The notes below the pieces were generated by a model, which saw nothing but the letters and a program-made list of their open reading frames with translations, did not search any database and had not been told where the DNA came from. DNA of 64,000 nt from Escherichia phage vB_EcoM_VR20: the sequence record NC_028894.1; one strand, written 5' to 3'. Shown in pieces: positions 19,842-29,578 of the stretch (position 1 is the stretch's first letter; every line of letters starts with the position of its first letter). The position numbers and the translations under genes were made by a program.

Positions 19842-20665
19842 CAATTACCCCCTTGGCCACCGGTCGGTTGATTGTACCAATATTCAATGCCAGTACCTAC
19901 GCGTGGACCATATTGATATGGATATGCTGGATTATATCCAGGGGTCCATGGTTGACCTGGTTGCCAGCCTTGCTGCATTTGTTGTTGAAGACGTCGAGTT
20001 TCACGAAACAGTTCGTCCAGTTTACGGAGTTCATCAGGGGTGAATTCTGGTTTGACTGGTTCATCTTTGTGTTTCAGTTTAAGCTGCCCAGCTACATCGT
20101 CCCAATTAAAAACTTTGGAAGCTGTTTTAGGAATAGCATTACGTTCGCCACGGGCCATCCAATAAACCGGGACTTCAAGGATTTCACTCGCATGGTCGCA
20201 ATGGTGTGCAAGGTCATCAATATAACAAACGACATTATATTTGGTCTTCGCTTTCTGGAATAACTCTTCTTTAGAGGCTGTATGGCCGCACATCATCACT
20301 TCTTTAAATGCACCAGGGAACAAAGCATTCAGGTTGAATTGACGATTCAGACGGGCGTCAATGGAATCACCCAGAGCCGTAACAGCCACAAAATCATATT
20401 GCTCTTTGAGGTTATTAATAACCCTTAACGCATCTGCGTAAGGAGACAAATAACGAATAAAATCTGAACAGTTATATTTCTCAATCAACTGTGCTCCCAA
20501 CTCTTCATCACAATTGAACAGTTTACCAGGGGTCACAAATTTTTCATCCTGAATCATCTTAAGGATATGTTCCAGGGGTAAATTATATTTTTGGGCGAAA
20601 TAAGGCAAGCCTGACTGCCATGACAAACATACGCCATCAATATCTGTTAAAATAACGGGTTTCAT
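19841..20665 (-). CDS. HAD-superfamily phosphatase-like protein with Q/P/G/Y-rich tail (T4 30.2 position)
   Basis: N-terminal ILTDIDGV is an HAD motif I, with a later DD motif; low-complexity C-terminal tail. Confidence 0.6.
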   Translation of the reverse strand: MKPVILTDIDGVCLSWQSGLPYFAQKYNLPLEHILKMIQDEKFVTPGKLFNCDEELGAQLIEKYNCSDFIRYLSPYADALRVINNLKEQYDFVAVTALGDSIDARLNRQFNLNALFPGAFKEVMMCGHTASKEELFQKAKTKYNVVCYIDDLAHHCDHASEILEVPVYWMARGERNAIPKTASKVFNWDDVAGQLKLKHKDEPVKPEFTPDELRKLDELFRETRRLQQQMQQGWQPGQPWTPGYNPAYPYQYGPRVGTGIEYWYNQPTGGQGGN

Positions 20666-21120
20666 AATGCATCTCTCAATTGGTTAAGTATGTCAATAAA
20701 TTCTTGTTCAGTCAATATTGTATCATGAACAGTAAGGTGGCTCGCCATCGAATGCTTTAAAACTTTGCCCTTTGTAGCTTGTAATGCGTCGCGGAATCCT
20801 TTGTTTTGGAGCGCTGCTTCAAAATATGCATTTGTATACAACTCTTTCCATGATGTAGAGTATCTTGAAAAGGGAATTCCAAGCCAGAAAAGCGTCCCAC
20901 GGTCCGCAGCTCTAGCATAAGCTCTTCCACTTTGCTGGGCGGCCAATCCGGACATCCCAAATATACGTTTTTGTTGTTCACAATTTCTCACCTTACACCC
21001 TTGCAGGAAGCCTTCAAGACCTCCAAACTGGATGCCCTCCATAACAAAAGGCCATTTAGCAAAGTTACTTAATGCGCATGATGGCCATGGGAAATTGCTT
21101 CTGATTTCTAACTCAGACAT
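20662..21120 (-). CDS. NADAR/YbiA-like protein, tentative (T4 30.3 position)
   Basis: Motifs LSNFAKWP and EGFLQGCK resemble YbiA/NADAR as recalled; not search-verified. Confidence 0.5.
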   Translation of the reverse strand: MSELEIRSNFPWPSCALSNFAKWPFVMEGIQFGGLEGFLQGCKVRNCEQQKRIFGMSGLAAQQSGRAYARAADRGTLFWLGIPFSRYSTSWKELYTNAYFEAALQNKGFRDALQATKGKVLKHSMASHLTVHDTILTEQEFIDILNQLRDAL

Positions 21121-21325
21121 CTTTGACACTTACTACATCAACGTTTGCCCAATGACCATAACCAGGTAGACGGTCTTTAATAGATAATCCACCGTCAGAT
21201 TTCAGCATTTTAATTGTTTTAGTATATGGTTCAATATTTCGGGCCCATGGACTCACGTCAGTTACGCGATAAGTAACTTCAACCATTTCTGTGCCCAAAA
21301 TTTTCTGAATCAGTTTCTTAAACAT
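21113..21325 (-). CDS. Hypothetical protein
   Basis: 70 aa ORF with ATG start in a tightly packed minus-strand array. Confidence 0.5.
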   Translation of the reverse strand: MFKKLIQKILGTEMVEVTYRVTDVSPWARNIEPYTKTIKMLKSDGGLSIKDRLPGYGHWANVDVVSVKDV

Positions 21326-21326
21326 A

Positions 21327-21521
21327 TTATCCTCGCCTTAAACATTTGATTACAGACAGTTCACCGTCCATGCGAACGTCTTCAGTTCCATCAACCCACA
21401 GGACTACGTAGGCTTCTTTAATTTGTGTATTACCCAATTTAAAAGCAGGCAAAACCTTAGAAATCATTCCAGGAATACCTACGCCTTTTAACTGGACAGT
21501 TTGTGATAAGAATAGTTGCAT
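21327..21521 (-). CDS. Hypothetical protein
   Basis: 64 aa ORF with ATG start. Confidence 0.45.
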   Translation of the reverse strand: MQLFLSQTVQLKGVGIPGMISKVLPAFKLGNTQIKEAYVVLWVDGTEDVRMDGELSVIKCLRRG

Positions 21522-21808
21522 TAAAACCTCATCTGAAACCCGTGTGATTTAACATTGCCACCATAGATGTCAGACGTATTGACTTCACGAGCAGCACTTG
21601 GGTCGATATTGATATCATGGTTGAGCTTAGTGATTGCCAGGGTATCACGACCATTAACAGTACGAAATTCTACCGGACATACAACATCGGCATAAGCCTT
21701 AATAGATTCACGAGTAGGTTGTTTGTCGGCAGGAACGTCTTTACCTGCTTTAGAGAAAACAACTTCACAGAAATTTTTACGAGTATCAAAATAAGTGGTC
21801 ATAAACAT
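21521..21808 (-). CDS. Hypothetical protein
   Basis: Internal ATG with GAGGAAAATATT Shine-Dalgarno; hairpin ggggctttcgcccc just upstream. Confidence 0.5.
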   Translation of the reverse strand: MFMTTYFDTRKNFCEVVFSKAGKDVPADKQPTRESIKAYADVVCPVEFRTVNGRDTLAITKLNHDINIDPSAAREVNTSDIYGGNVKSHGFQMRF

Positions 21809-21844
21809 AATATTTTCCTCAAGGGGCTTTCGCCCCATTTAAGA

Positions 21845-22210
21845 TTAGATATCAAATTCATTAAGAACTACATCAAAGATTGCTTCCAGGTGTTCAGGTT
21901 TTGCTTTGTTACCCAGGATATGACGAATCCAAGTTTTAACCAACAGCTTGCGATTAACACCATTCCAGCAAGGATGAGTACCTAAATCACGCTCGCGGAA
22001 ATCATCATCTAAAGCAATTTTAAAGGTTGAACCAGTCATAGTGATTGAAAGAGTGATACCATTTTCAAATCGCATATAAACGTAGTTAGGAGTCATGTAC
22101 TGTTCAATTTCGCACACTGAACCATTTTTATGTTTCCACAGGCAAATAACTTCAGAAGAACCTGGGATGCAGTTAGAAACATATTTGCGTTCAAAGTTGA
22201 TGTAGTTCAT
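21845..22210 (-). CDS. Hypothetical protein
   Basis: 121 aa; ATG preceded by the conserved GGAGAATAAA leader and promoter/stem-loop cassette. Confidence 0.55.
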   Translation of the reverse strand: MNYINFERKYVSNCIPGSSEVICLWKHKNGSVCEIEQYMTPNYVYMRFENGITLSITMTGSTFKIALDDDFRERDLGTHPCWNGVNRKLLVKTWIRHILGNKAKPEHLEAIFDVVLNEFDI

Positions 22211-22281
22211 TTTATTCTCCAGTTGTTTTCATTTGTTGGTACAGGTCTATAATATCATAACCTGTACCAAAGTAAACTGTT
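22211..22281 (-). promoter_or_regulatory. Early promoter with stem-loop (PeSL-like cassette)
   Basis: Minus strand GTTTAC-17-TATTAT; 8-bp stem ggtacagg/cctgtacc encloses the -10. Confidence 0.45.
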
Positions 22282-22650
22282 TTATGCGACTTTAATCCAA
22301 TTATCTAAATTTAATTCACCCTTAGCTTTCATTTTTTCAATCAAATCATCAGCAGTGGTGCGACCATTTTGATACCATGTAACATCTTCAGAATAACCAG
22401 TTTCTTCATCTTCATAGGTCTTACAACGAATCTTACCAAGAATCAAAGTTTTCAGTTCGTAGGTATCACCAGTAAAAAAGTTTGTTACCATAATTTTCCA
22501 GGAGAAGTCATCAGAAGGACCTTCTGGAGTCATGCAAGAAACGAATTCAAATTGTTCTTTATACAAGTGCCATTGCATTTCTTTAGTTTCAATGGCTTTG
22601 TAGCCGTCGTGGTCTTTACCTTTGATGTATGAGTTAAGATTGATTTTCAT
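22282..22650 (-). CDS. Hypothetical protein
   Basis: 122 aa; ATG preceded by the conserved leader repeat. Confidence 0.55.
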   Translation of the reverse strand: MKINLNSYIKGKDHDGYKAIETKEMQWHLYKEQFEFVSCMTPEGPSDDFSWKIMVTNFFTGDTYELKTLILGKIRCKTYEDEETGYSEDVTWYQNGRTTADDLIEKMKAKGELNLDNWIKVA

Positions 22651-22734
22651 TTTATTCTCCAGTGTTTTATTGTGTAACTCAGTATGGAATCATTATGCAC
22701 TGGACCAACCCTGTTGTAAACCTTTTATGGAAAT
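22651..22734 (-). promoter_or_regulatory. Early promoter plus conserved leader repeat
   Basis: TTTACA-17-CATAAT, then leader TCCATACTGAGTTACAC..CACTGGAGAATAAAATG shared with 38309, 57450 and 61474. Confidence 0.5.
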
Positions 22735-22758
22735 AAAAAAGGGACTCCGAAGAGTCCC
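22735..22758 (-). terminator. UUCG hairpin terminator
   Basis: A-run then gggactc-cgaa-gagtccc directly after the stop of the 53-aa ORF. Confidence 0.55.
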
Positions 22759-22763
22759 TGAAC

Positions 22764-22925
22764 TTATGCTTTCGGCTTACCAAAGCAAGCTGCATCGGCA
22801 CGCAATACCGCACGAGCACGAGCCTGAAGTTTATCAGTTACCTGATTGATTCGCTTGTTGGACGCACGCTTGTAACCAGCGCGTTTGGAGGAGCCATCAA
22901 CAACTTTAACTTCTTTCTTAGCCAT
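22764..22925 (-). CDS. Small basic protein, 53 aa
   Basis: MAKKEVKVVDGSSKRAGYKRASNKR..; AAGAG Shine-Dalgarno; terminator right after the stop; not in the ORF track. Confidence 0.45.
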   Translation of the reverse strand: MAKKEVKVVDGSSKRAGYKRASNKRINQVTDKLQARARAVLRADAACFGKPKA

Positions 22926-23222
22926 ATTAAATTCTCTTTAAAATAGAATGCAGGACTTATTGACATTGCCTGCGCAAGCCCTCGAAGGGAACATTAGGTT
23001 TCGGATATTTAACGACAGGATAACCATAAACCTCGTCATCATACCAACCACGACTTAGACAGATAACCTTTTTCTGACGCGTGATAGTACAAAATACATT
23101 CAAGAGGTACACCGTAAAACTGCTGGGGTCTTAAAACTATAATGATTCACAAATCATTAATCAGGCAGTTCGACAGCTCCTCGATTTTCTAGCCGCACTT
23201 AAGGTAGCGAATCACCTAAAAC

Positions 23223-23477
23223 TTACTTCAGAGTAACGACAAAATGTCGAACAGCTTTGCGAGCAGCAGATGCCAGCGGCTTAGCAAATTTCAGTTCATC
23301 TTTTGCTTCGAGCACAGCGCGAAGGTCGGTTTGTACCGGGTTAAGATGTTTGAAATACTGCAGAATTTCCAGTGCTTCGGCTTCAACATCAATAGATGCG
23401 CCGTAGTTTTCGTGACCGTTATTCCATGCAGTGCGTTGCAGTTCAAGAGCGTGTTGTAATTGTTTGTTTAAAGACAT
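23223..23477 (-). CDS. rIII: rIII lysis inhibition accessory protein
   Basis: Start MSLNKQLQHALELQR.. with GAGG Shine-Dalgarno; about 84 aa, close to T4 rIII. Confidence 0.75.
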   Translation of the reverse strand: MSLNKQLQHALELQRTAWNNGHENYGASIDVEAEALEILQYFKHLNPVQTDLRAVLEAKDELKFAKPLASAARKAVRHFVVTLK

Positions 23478-23617
23478 TTTAGAAGCCTCAATATGAGGTG
23501 AATATTTGGTGGACACGTTCTTCTGAATTTCACTTCCTTTCGACAAGTCTCTCAGTTGTAGTCCACCGTTTAGGATTCTCCGGGTAACTAACTGGTCCGG
23601 CAGCCAATCCATATTAT

Positions 23618-23625
23618 TATTTATA
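23618..23625 (-). promoter_or_regulatory. Late promoter TATAAATA upstream of rIII
   Basis: Minus strand GTTATAAATAATAAT about 140 nt upstream of the rIII ATG. Confidence 0.4.
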
Positions 23626-23634
23626 ACGCTAATT

Positions 23635-23982
23635 TTACTTATAAAGACAAGGAACAGCTTTATAATGACAGGTCACAAATTTCTGCTTAACTTCTTTAGC
23701 CTGCTTAAGTCCCAGAGCAACCAGAGGATGTGGAACGTTTGCAATCTTGCCAACCGGAAGAGGAGTCAAATCGCCTACTTCACAGAAGCCTTCAGGAACA
23801 TCTGAACCAATCGAAAATACTTCACACATCTCGGGAATTTCACCCTGATGAAGTTTTCCGATAACGATACCTGATGCCGTAGTTTCTTCATCACCAGCTT
23901 GCTTTGGCTCAGAAACCAAAATAATATATTCACCTACTGCTTTAATTGGTAATTCCATATTTAATCCATGTTGTTTGGTCAT
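23635..23982 (-). CDS. 31: Co-chaperonin gp31 (GroES-like)
   Basis: C-terminus ..[41 protein letters not shown] matches recalled T4 gp31. Confidence 0.88.
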   Translation of the reverse strand: MTKQHGLNMELPIKAVGEYIILVSEPKQAGDEETTASGIVIGKLHQGEIPEMCEVFSIGSDVPEGFCEVGDLTPLPVGKIANVPHPLVALGLKQAKEVKQKFVTCHYKAVPCLYK

Positions 23983-24013
23983 GTATTAATAATAACACGC
24001 GTTGTTTGAAGCA

Positions 24014-24313
24014 TTAAAGGACGAGCAGAGTCTCGGTCTGCAAACCATTCACAGAAATCAATTTATTGAAACAGAATGAACGCCATTCATTAAGCTTGGT
24101 ATCAAATACCCGGATATAGCTAACTGGTTCTTTATGAGCTTCTGGACCAGGGGCCTGGATTTCTTTATACGGCAGCAGGTCCAGGTCGCGAGTGCAAGTC
24201 ATACGACGGATGCTACCATCTGCTTTTTCAAACAGAACTTCGTGAAAACCAACAGACAAAATAGTCTTGACTTTTTCACGGAGACGAATTGTTTCTTGTT
24301 CAGTTAAAATCAT
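24014..24313 (-). CDS. Hypothetical protein (T4 31.1 position)
   Basis: 99 aa, ATG start. Confidence 0.5.
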   Translation of the reverse strand: MILTEQETIRLREKVKTILSVGFHEVLFEKADGSIRRMTCTRDLDLLPYKEIQAPGPEAHKEPVSYIRVFDTKLNEWRSFCFNKLISVNGLQTETLLVL

Positions 24314-24315
24314 AA

Positions 24316-24549
24316 TTATTCCAAAACAGTTTTAATGGTTGTTGCATTACGCTCTTTTAGAGCTCTTAATAGGCTATGGCAATTTTCAAGAATAGGCACC
24401 GTTTTATAGTTCATTTCGGCGCGAGCCCACTCGGATTTATAGTACGATTTCCAACGAGAGAAAAAGTACTTTTTATATTCTACTGAATAGGCTACCAGGT
24501 TTTCACCTTTTGAGTTCAGACCTGAAAACTTAACTAGACGAAATTTCAT
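24316..24549 (-). CDS. Hypothetical protein (T4 31.2 position)
   Basis: 77 aa, ATG start. Confidence 0.5.
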   Translation of the reverse strand: MKFRLVKFSGLNSKGENLVAYSVEYKKYFFSRWKSYYKSEWARAEMNYKTVPILENCHSLLRALKERNATTIKTVLE

Positions 24550-25130
24550 TATTCACCACAAAATTCGTTAATGTTTTCCCAGTTCAATTTGTCTAAACTA
24601 CGCTTAGGCACATTGAACACCTCAATTCCTGCATTCTTCAGGATATCATCCCAACCAGGAATATTCTTATCATACGTTTCACAGTAAACCAATTTCTTGA
24701 TTCCTGATTGAGAAATTGCCTTTGCACAATCAGGACAAGGAGAAAGCGTCACATACATAGTAGCGCCTTCAATTGACGAACCCATTCTGGCTGCGAACAG
24801 AATCGCATTAAGCTCGGCATGAATTTCGTTGTTCTTTGACCATGCAGAATGTTCTTCGCGATGGGCTTTCGCCAATACAAAACGGTCAACCTTACTGAAT
24901 CTCACACATTCTGGCTTATGACCAGGGACGAGAACGGGTTTAGGTTTATTCAGTAACCAACCTTGCTCTTCCGCATGCTCGCAACAGTTGACCCCACCTG
25001 CAGGGGAACCATTATACCCTGTAGAAATAATGCGACCATTCTTTTCAATAACAGCTCCCACTTTCCAGGAGCAACATTTTGATTCTTGAGATACAAGGTA
25101 TGCGATTTGCAGAACAGTAGTTGGTTTCAT
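24549..25130 (-). CDS. cd: dCMP deaminase
   Basis: 193 aa, same as T4 Cd; zinc motifs HAE and PCxxC. Confidence 0.9.
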   Translation of the reverse strand: MKPTTVLQIAYLVSQESKCCSWKVGAVIEKNGRIISTGYNGSPAGGVNCCEHAEEQGWLLNKPKPVLVPGHKPECVRFSKVDRFVLAKAHREEHSAWSKNNEIHAELNAILFAARMGSSIEGATMYVTLSPCPDCAKAISQSGIKKLVYCETYDKNIPGWDDILKNAGIEVFNVPKRSLDKLNWENINEFCGE

Positions 25131-25466
25131 TTACATCACCACGAGATAATTGGTTTTAATAGTTTCAACACGATATAATTCATGTCGCAATTTAGTAATG
25201 CTCTTAACATGTGTTGTAATTATACTATCACCATCGCTGAAGCGTTTTTTCTTATCGTCAAAAATCACCCCAAACATTCGCTCACCAATTTCTACAGGAG
25301 CTTCTGTGATAACAACCGCATCATAATTACTTGGGTGAATACTTTTAAACAGAGCATCATTCGCAAGCGTTACTTTGATAAATGCAGTTGTTTCTGGGTC
25401 CAACTTACGATGGTCACCTAAATCATTTTTAAGTGATTCTTTGAAAATATCCATTAAATTCATCAT
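25131..25466 (-). CDS. Hypothetical protein (cd.1 region)
   Basis: 111 aa, ATG start directly upstream of cd. Confidence 0.5.
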   Translation of the reverse strand: MMNLMDIFKESLKNDLGDHRKLDPETTAFIKVTLANDALFKSIHPSNYDAVVITEAPVEIGERMFGVIFDDKKKRFSDGDSIITTHVKSITKLRHELYRVETIKTNYLVVM

Positions 25467-25708
25467 TGAATATACACTCGCTGCGCTTCAACCAGACCAT
25501 CAGAACCCAATTTCAGTTGGGTCAACTGGTCACCACCTTTTAGAGTAATTTTCGGATTAATGACAATCATAAAACTGCGTGCAGATTCCTGAATAACTTG
25601 CAAAGTCGCAGCAGGGAATCGCTGCGATACGCGGTTAATCATCTCTTGAGCAAATGCCTTCACTTTTTCGTGAAACTCTTCAACAGTAATTGGGGTTTCG
25701 CTAAGCAT
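25463..25708 (-). CDS. Hypothetical protein
   Basis: 81 aa; ATGA overlaps. Confidence 0.5.
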   Translation of the reverse strand: MLSETPITVEEFHEKVKAFAQEMINRVSQRFPAATLQVIQESARSFMIVINPKITLKGGDQLTQLKLGSDGLVEAQRVYIQ

Positions 25709-26250
25709 CAGATTGTCTCCTGTTTTACTTGTTTAACGATAGAAGCTTTTGTGATATCGCCCTTGATAATATAACAATCTTCTGCAGTACCACGGTTTAA
25801 CAGACGCTCTGCCTCGCCTTCCGCATATTCTTTTGACACATGACGAGAGTTAATCTCAATCTTGCCATTTTTAACCACAAGCAATTTCCAAACTGATGCA
25901 AGTTTTACTGGCACAGGTTCAACTTCTGGCTTAACGCCAACTTCCGCTTGGATGAAATAATCAAATTCATCAGACAATGGACCAGCAGAAACAAACATTG
26001 CCCCATGATGCCTGTTTTCTGCACCAGAAATTTTTGCCAAATCCACAAAATTCTTTTCATCAATCAAACGAATCTCACAAACTTTTCTTCCACCGCTAGC
26101 AGTATCAGGGACAATCTTAACTTCAAACGGAGTCATACCGATGTATTTGGCAATTTGGTAATTAGCTGCCCAGCCTCCGGCAATAAACTGTTTTTTGGCA
26201 TTTTCAGATGCGAACTTGTAAAACTTGCCTTCTTCAAAGAAATTACTCAT
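25708..26250 (-). CDS. Hypothetical protein, member of the GKFY..AKKQFIAG paralog family
   Basis: 180 aa; N-terminal motif shared with the ORFs at 38642 and 39359; early promoter upstream. Confidence 0.55.
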   Translation of the reverse strand: MSNFFEEGKFYKFASENAKKQFIAGGWAANYQIAKYIGMTPFEVKIVPDTASGGRKVCEIRLIDEKNFVDLAKISGAENRHHGAMFVSAGPLSDEFDYFIQAEVGVKPEVEPVPVKLASVWKLLVVKNGKIEINSRHVSKEYAEGEAERLLNRGTAEDCYIIKGDITKASIVKQVKQETI

Positions 26251-26279
26251 TTTGTTTTCCTCATGTGTTGATGAAATTC

Positions 26280-26309
26280 ATTATACACCATCCGTGGTGA
26301 AAGTAAACA
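26280..26309 (-). promoter_or_regulatory. T4-type early promoter GTTTAC-17-TATAAT
   Basis: Minus strand GTTTACTTTCACCACGGATGGTGTATAAT, then GAGGAAAACAAA Shine-Dalgarno. Confidence 0.55.
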
Positions 26310-26310
26310 C

Positions 26311-26622
26311 TTAAATTGCTTCGACAACTACCGTTTGTTTCTGGAAGTCCATTTTGCATGAAATGGCCAAAATGTGGTTATCAATTTTAAACGGAACAAT
26401 TGCAAATGCTGCACCAGGCGTGAGTTGAACAGTGATTGCATCAACTGCATCCGGGAACATGATTTCCAGAATAGCAGACAAACGACCATGCACCTTTAGT
26501 TCAGTCGACACGTCGACGCTTTCGTATAGATAATCAGATACAATCTGACTAAAAACTACTTTAACAATTTCAGAATACGTAGGAAACATTTTCTTTTCTC
26601 GCTTAGTTATTGGGGTATCCAA
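26311..26622 (-). CDS. Hypothetical protein
   Basis: 103 aa, ATG start. Confidence 0.5.
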   Translation of the reverse strand: MDTPITKREKKMFPTYSEIVKVVFSQIVSDYLYESVDVSTELKVHGRLSAILEIMFPDAVDAITVQLTPGAAFAIVPFKIDNHILAISCKMDFQKQTVVVEAI

Positions 26623-26636
26623 AGGACCTAGACCCC

Positions 26637-26660
26637 ATTATAACATAAAATTTTTAAAGC
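26637..26660 (-). promoter_or_regulatory. MotA-type middle promoter (GCTTTA box, 12 bp, TATAAT)
   Basis: GCTTTAAAAATTTTATG is nearly identical to the element upstream of rnh. Confidence 0.45.
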
Positions 26661-26661
26661 G

Positions 26662-26877
26662 TTAATGAACGGTATGCACCTTGACATTAACGATAAATCG
26701 GTCAATGACTTCAGTCAGCGGAACAAACTCAACATAGTACTCGCCTTTGTAACGTTCATTGAGGTCATTACGAAGGGCCGCTAGCGAGTTAATGAGGGCA
26801 GGAGACATATTCTGCCCTACCAGTTTCTGAAGCTCTTTATAAGCTTCTTCTTCAACTTCATGGTGTTTGTTATACAT
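26662..26877 (-). CDS. Hypothetical protein
   Basis: Internal ATG gives 71 aa; the track ORF with an alternative start overlaps its neighbour. Confidence 0.4.
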   Translation of the reverse strand: MYNKHHEVEEEAYKELQKLVGQNMSPALINSLAALRNDLNERYKGEYYVEFVPLTEVIDRFIVNVKVHTVH

Positions 26878-27066
26878 AATGTTCTTCCAAGAAGGCCAAG
26901 AGTTCTGGAGCGGATTTAAAAATACCACCATCGACCTTGTCTTCATCTTTATAGTCCATCACATCCAGGCCAATACGTCCATCAGTTAAAGGCCATACGC
27001 CGAAGAAAAAGCATTTACGTTTTTCAATTTCTTCGATTGTACGAAAAATCTTTTCGATATTATTCA

Positions 27067-27067
<1 letters not shown>
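26870..27067 (-). CDS. Hypothetical protein
   Basis: 65 aa from the internal ATG, which overlaps the pseT stop. Confidence 0.4.
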
Positions 27068-28285
<1,218 letters not shown>

Positions 28286-28289
<4 letters not shown>

Positions 28290-28768
28290 ACACCAAGCTC
28301 CTTATAAAGTTCTTCGCGACAGGTTTTAAGGATTTTACCAGTTTCATAAGCTGCACTTTCAGAAACATCACCAAGTGCAGCGGCAGATTGCATTTGTCCA
28401 TGGCGTTTAGCTGCATATTCAAAACTTTTTACTAGCTCACGAATACGTTCTTTTTCATTGTATTCTTCAATGAATTCAGGGTATTCCCAAACTGGGCGCA
28501 TCATACGATACCAATGCTGAATAGTAATATAATTACTTCCATCCAGATTAATAATTTGCGAAGGCTTAATAGCGCCCGGAGCATAAAAAGTTACCTGTCT
28601 TACTACATCAATACCGTCCACAATAGCCCAAGCAAAATCGAAAGTTGCCTTCTTTTCAATTGGTGTACTTGCACAGGACCCTAATTTTAAGAGCTTTTGT
28701 AATGCAGGGGATTTAACACCTGAAATGTATTCAGGATTAGCCACAAAACTGTTATCGCGTAATGACAT
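28286..28768 (-). CDS. Hypothetical protein
   Basis: Internal ATG with GAGGAAAATATT Shine-Dalgarno gives 160 aa; promoter/stem-loop cassette directly upstream. Confidence 0.5.
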
Positions 28769-28775
28769 AATATTT

Positions 28776-28840
28776 TCCTCAAATATTTTATAATCCGTGG
28801 GAGCATTATACTCTGCTCCCATGAGTTTGTACACTACTTT
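28776..28840 (-). promoter_or_regulatory. Early promoter with stem-loop (PeSL-like)
   Basis: TGTACA-17-TATAAT; stem gggagca/tgctccc encloses the -10. Confidence 0.45.
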
Positions 28841-28937
28841 CCAAAAAGACCCTGAACACATAAAGTGGCCGCAATTCCAAAACAAAAACAGAATGCACCA
28901 AATCTAACAATATCCCAACCAAGGCTACAGGTCTCTA

Positions 28938-29228
28938 TCATTTGCAACGTTCCTCTTTTAGTTCAGAACGATAATAACATAACATACCTTTTTGGTCACG
29001 TACATATCTTTTTACATCATTCATCCAAATCCTGAATTCTTGCGATGCTTCAAAAGGCATACCAACCCAGGCTTGACCCTCAATTACCTTCACTTCCCAT
29101 TGCTGCTTATAATCAGCCAATGCAACAGGCCAATTAGGATGAACTTGGATTGTGGGCTCCACAACGGGCTTCTGGGCGCATGAAACGAGTCCAATAGCCA
29201 AACATACTGCCATGATAGATTTCATCAT
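28938..29228 (-). CDS. Outer-membrane spanin lipoprotein (T4 pseT.2-like)
   Basis: 96 aa; signal peptide with lipobox LVSC-A; start overlaps the end of the upstream membrane/coiled-coil ORF. Confidence 0.6.
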   Translation of the reverse strand: MMKSIMAVCLAIGLVSCAQKPVVEPTIQVHPNWPVALADYKQQWEVKVIEGQAWVGMPFEASQEFRIWMNDVKRYVRDQKGMLCYYRSELKEERCK

Positions 29229-29578
29229 TTGGTGAGCTCCTGGAAGTCCTGGGCGAACTTATCAAAAGACTGATTAATCTGTTTTTCAACTAATTTAGGC
29301 TTCGCTGCCACAACCTTAGTACGTTTTGCATCTGCGCGAAGTTTATCATTTTCCTTCTGCAGGTGTTCAACATATTCCTGGCGCTGTTGGTCAAGGAGAT
29401 TAATTTGATTAACCTGGTCTTTTATTGATTGCAGATTTTTCGCATTATCTTCTGCGACTTTGGTGACTTCCGCCACCGCTGTCTTGAGATTATCCACTTT
29501 TGCTTTTAGATAGAAACCACTACCAGCAGTTACTACCAGGGCGAGCATAAGCCCTGCGGTGAGATTACTTATTTGCAT
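29225..29578 (-). CDS. Inner-membrane spanin (T4 pseT.3-like)
   Basis: 117 aa; N-terminal transmembrane helix then coiled-coil periplasmic domain. Confidence 0.6.
   Translation of the reverse strand: MQISNLTAGLMLALVVTAGSGFYLKAKVDNLKTAVAEVTKVAEDNAKNLQSIKDQVNQINLLDQQRQEYVEHLQKENDKLRADAKRTKVVAAKPKLVEKQINQSFDKFAQDFQELTK

Noticed and set aside
23478-23612. N-terminal extension of rIII to a 129-aa ORF from the ATG at 23612
   Set aside because: No Shine-Dalgarno; the ATG sits at the predicted late-promoter start; the internal ATG has a GAGG Shine-Dalgarno and gives the expected rIII length.
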